Assembly: GCA_910579455.1 (NCBI GenBank) | Contig: CAJTUT010000003.1 | Span: 11,358 to 75,357, forward strand | DNA: 64,000 nucleotides | Reading direction: 5' to 3' | DNA from: an uncultured Bacilli bacterium | Lineage (GTDB): Bacteria > Bacillota_I > Bacilli_A > RF39 > UBA660 | Shown here: positions 60,906-64,000 of the stretch, in pieces | Layout of the letters: each line of letters opens with the position of its first letter | Position numbering within the stretch: position 1 is the first letter of the stretch | Notes under the pieces: model-generated | Database searches by the model: none | What the model saw: only the letters and a program-made list of their open reading frames with translations | Told to the model about the DNA's origin: nothing | Translations under genes and position numbers: made by a program

Positions 60906-61900
60906 TTAATTTATAGTATTTGAATTCTCATATGGCTTAAAATCAAAATCAAATCCAGTATATTTAGAATGCTTAATATTAAAATATTCATTAATATCCT
61001 TCTGTGCTGATTTTGAAATTTCATTGATTCGACATACTTCATTATCACACTTAGTTAACGGAATGATATATCGTCGTTTTGATTTCACACTTATACAATA
61101 TTTATCCTCAAGCGGTACATCGCTACTATATACAGAAGTGGCATTTTGAAATTTTATAAAGTTCTCCCTTATATAATCATCTTCACAATTTAAAATCTTT
61201 TCAATAACCTCTTTTTCCGATAAATTATATAAATCATCTATTGTTAAATAACCCTTTATATTCATTGAGTTTACAATATCCGCTAAAAATTGCATCACTG
61301 TTCTATCCTTATCACTTATCCATTCAGGCCATAAATTTTTAATGATATGAATATATTTCTCACAAATTCTCCAATCATTAAAACCTAATTCGTCAACTCC
61401 ACTCTCGTTTTTTAAAACACTTACATTGTTATATATTTCTTTAATTGTTTCTAATTCAAAGACTCTATGAAAAACTAATCCACTAGAAAAAGTATATTCA
61501 AATCTATCAGCACTTAATTAAGATGTATCATTATCAGCTATAGGATAAATATGATAGTCTGATATTTCTTCTATTTCAATTCCATCTCTATTTAATAAAG
61601 CCACGATCTCTTTAGAATCCCTTATTATTTTTATCGTTCTTTCTTCTGTCGATTCCTGACATTCAAAATCTCCATTCATAAAATCTATACAATGCTTCAA
61701 TATCTAATATTAAATACTTTTGAATAATCGGTTCCACAATTTATACTAATACCATTGATTCTTTGCATTTCTGGTGTATCAATATATTCTAATAACCATT
61801 TCGGAAATTCTGGGGATAGTATTTTAAAATATGCTTTTACCTCCTCATTTAATGTATCTAAATATTTTTCCATAAATAAATTCCTCTTTTCATAGTCCAA
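60906..61900 (-). pseudogene. fragmented HD-domain (dNTP-triphosphohydrolase-like) gene split over three ORFs
   Basis: The first fragment carries YIDTPEMQRINGISINCGTDYSKVF, resembling the LIDTPEFQRLRRIKQLG...HTRFEHS start of HD dNTPases, but it has lost the His ligands and ends at a stop. Two further co-directional ORFs follow in different frames. Confidence 0.3.
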
Positions 61901-61946
61901 TCACAGCCTATATAATAGATCTTATATTAGATCTCATACTTTTATT

Positions 61947-62783
61947 TTAAAAACCTGATTTGTCATAATGTTGTAAAAATGAGGTTTTCACACCATCTTT
62001 TTTTACCGCTAGCAAAGTATCAATACTAACATTCTCACTTGATTTAAAAATATTATAAGCTACATTAGGATTAAGTTTTTCTAACTTAGAAATCAAGTTT
62101 TTTACTTCCAATCTTTTCGATAAAGACTCTATTTTTTTATTTTCAGTCATTTTACAAGCGCAATTAATAAAAGATAGATGATTATACTTTGCCCAAGATA
62201 AAATATCTTTTTCTCTAACTAAATAAAGAGGTCTAATTAATTCCATCCCTTTAAAATTAGTACTATGTAATTTAGGAGGCATACTTTTATATTCTCCTCC
62301 ATAGAAAATACTTAAAAGAATGGTTTCTATGACATCATCAAAGTGATGCCCCAAAGCAATCTTATTACAACCTAAGTCTTTTGCTTTTTGATATAGAAAT
62401 CCTCTTCTCTTTCTAGCACATAAATAACAGGGATTTCCTTTTTTATTTTGAGTCTCTATCATATCAAAAATATGGGAAGAAAAAAAATCTATTGGAATAT
62501 TTAAAAGTTTCGCATTTTCTTCTATTTTTCTTTTGGCATCTTTCTTATATCCTGGGTCCATTACGAAATACACTAATTCAAAAGAAGTCTTTCCATGAAG
62601 CTTTAATTCTTCCATGCATTTTGCTAGTAAGAATGAATCCTTTCCACCAGAAATACAAACTGCTATTTTATCATTTTCTTCTATTAGTTGATAATTCCTA
62701 ACAGCCTTCATAAATTTTCTCCAAATATCTTTTCGAAATTTCGTAATAATACTTCTTTGGACTTCTTGATATTTTTCTAACAT
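61947..62783 (-). CDS. ttcA: TtcA-family PP-loop tRNA 2-thiocytidine biosynthesis protein-like
   Basis: PP-loop VCISGGKDS, and cysteine pairs CYLCARKRRG and ...CACK, typical of TtcA/TtuA-type sulfurtransferases. Confidence 0.65.
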   Translation of the reverse strand: MLEKYQEVQRSIITKFRKDIWRKFMKAVRNYQLIEENDKIAVCISGGKDSFLLAKCMEELKLHGKTSFELVYFVMDPGYKKDAKRKIEENAKLLNIPIDFFSSHIFDMIETQNKKGNPCYLCARKRRGFLYQKAKDLGCNKIALGHHFDDVIETILLSIFYGGEYKSMPPKLHSTNFKGMELIRPLYLVREKDILSWAKYNHLSFINCACKMTENKKIESLSKRLEVKNLISKLEKLNPNVAYNIFKSSENVSIDTLLAVKKDGVKTSFLQHYDKSGF

Positions 62784-63475
62784 GCAGTATCACTACTACA
62801 AACAACGCCATTTATTTTTTGAATATTTTTTATATAAATATTTTTCAATTCTTTTTGTTGTTCCTTATTTAATCTCTTATATGGATCTTTTTGGGAGTCT
62901 ACAGTAGACATATGAGTATCTATAACTTCCCCATTTTTCACAAATACCACAGTCGGAAAGTATAATCTTTTAATACTCTCATCATGTAATCCATCATAGG
63001 AATCTGCCTTATCTCCCAACAACTCTAAAATTTTGTCATATTCTTTACTTCCTTTTTTAGTGGTTACTACTTTCCCATCTTGTAATATTTTCTCGTCTCT
63101 AATTTCTAAAGCATTACAATAATAAATTGTACCTACCTTCAACTCTTTTTTTGCCTCTAATAACACCTCTACAATATTTCTACACCAAGGACACTGAGGA
63201 AAGCCAAAATAAAGAATTCCCGTTTTCTTTTCTAAAAAATCAATTGCCTCTTCTGCATCAAGATATTCAACGCCATTATGAAGTTCTACTTTTAGGTCAA
63301 AATATTTTTTACCAGATGAAGGATTTTCTACTCCATTTAACTCTTCATACTCTTCCTTAAACTTTTTCTCATCGCTACTCACTCTATCTTTCTTAACAGT
63401 AAAGAATGATAAAATGACAACTATCATTAAAATAACACTAATGACTAATTTTATCTTATCTTGTTTCATTTTCAA
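62777..63475 (-). CDS. membrane-anchored thioredoxin-fold protein (CPWC)
   Basis: N-terminal TM helix, and FGFPQCPWCRN thioredoxin-like CxxC active site. Confidence 0.45.
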   Translation of the reverse strand: MKMKQDKIKLVISVILMIVVILSFFTVKKDRVSSDEKKFKEEYEELNGVENPSSGKKYFDLKVELHNGVEYLDAEEAIDFLEKKTGILYFGFPQCPWCRNIVEVLLEAKKELKVGTIYYCNALEIRDEKILQDGKVVTTKKGSKEYDKILELLGDKADSYDGLHDESIKRLYFPTVVFVKNGEVIDTHMSTVDSQKDPYKRLNKEQQKELKNIYIKNIQKINGVVCSSDTAC

Positions 63476-63906
63476 CTACACTTCCTTAATACTTTTTCTA
63501 CATTTTTTAATAATTTTTCCTTATTGTTCTGAGTTCTTTTTTTAGGACCTTTTAGATGATGATATTTTCTCAAAACTCTATTTCTATATTTTTGTTCTAA
63601 TAATAAATCAATATTATCATTTGTATAAAATTCCCCATACTGATTCAGACAAATAGAACCCTTACTTATTGTAATTGTAGCGACTCCATAATCTTGTGTC
63701 AATACCAAATCTCCTCTTTTTGCAGCATTTTCTATTTCCAAGTCTGCCGCATTCGCTGAGCCTACCACTTTTTTTATTTTAGCATAATCACTTTCTATTT
63801 CATGGCTCATATCCATATAAAGAATGACTTCTTTTTGATATTTTTTACAAAGTTCAATAATCTCTGGGATATCTGGAAAGGCATCCGCATCAATTAATAC
63901 CCTCAT
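63472..63906 (-). CDS. YaiI/YqxD-family (DUF188/UPF0178) protein
   Basis: MRVLIDADAFPDIPEIIELCKKY resembles the DUF188 N-terminal V/ILVDADACP block. Confidence 0.55.
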   Translation of the reverse strand: MRVLIDADAFPDIPEIIELCKKYQKEVILYMDMSHEIESDYAKIKKVVGSANAADLEIENAAKRGDLVLTQDYGVATITISKGSICLNQYGEFYTNDNIDLLLEQKYRNRVLRKYHHLKGPKKRTQNNKEKLLKNVEKVLRKCS

Positions 63907-64000
63907 ATAACTTTTGAAAACTCCTTAGGATTAGCCGATTCAAAGGTCATCTTTTTTTTCAGGATAGGGTGAAATAAAACTAATTTATTTGCATGTAAAT

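Noticed and set aside
1-64000. CRISPR arrays, rRNA genes and IS elements
   Set aside because: No regularly spaced direct repeats, no 16S/23S/5S-like conserved stretches, and no transposase-like ORFs were seen on reading through the window.

Overview
This window is AT-rich chromosomal DNA from a low-GC, endospore-forming Firmicute, probably of the Clostridia or Erysipelotrichia type. The spore-former call rests on gpr, spoIIP, sigK, sigG, ylmC and other sporulation genes. Most genes lie on the minus strand in Bacillus-like neighbourhoods: lepA-hemW, rpsT/gpr-spoIIP, recD2-mtaB, dnaG-sigA-trmK, yqeG-yqeH, sepF-divIVA-(T-box)-ileS, pflB-pflA and sigG-ylmC. A 13-gene tRNA array on the minus strand spans 49575-50758, and one member is an aberrant tRNA-Ser-like gene. 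I found no rRNA, CRISPR array, transposase or integrase.

The most unusual segment is 46813-49431, wedged between the tRNA array and sepF. It holds a HerA-family (DUF87, HAS-barrel plus FtsK/HerA P-loop) ATPase, divergently paired with a MutH/Sau3AI/MvaI-BcnI-fold PD-(D/E)xK endonuclease. No methyltransferase is adjacent. I read this as a candidate two-gene nucleic-acid-targeting system, possibly defence-related, that I cannot tie to a described system from the sequence alone.

Other notable items are listed in the findings:
- A T-box leader followed by a CaCA cation antiporter gene inserted directly in front of ileS.
- A eukaryote-like IleRS whose HIGH signature reads GLHH.
- A fragmentary type IV pilus/competence-pseudopilus module, with a ComGA-like ATPase carrying a roughly 280-aa Q/N/S/T/P-rich tail.
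- An arginase-fold protein with several metal-ligand substitutions.
- A fragmented HD-domain pseudogene.
- An unexplained 565-bp non-coding stretch upstream of an intact sigK.
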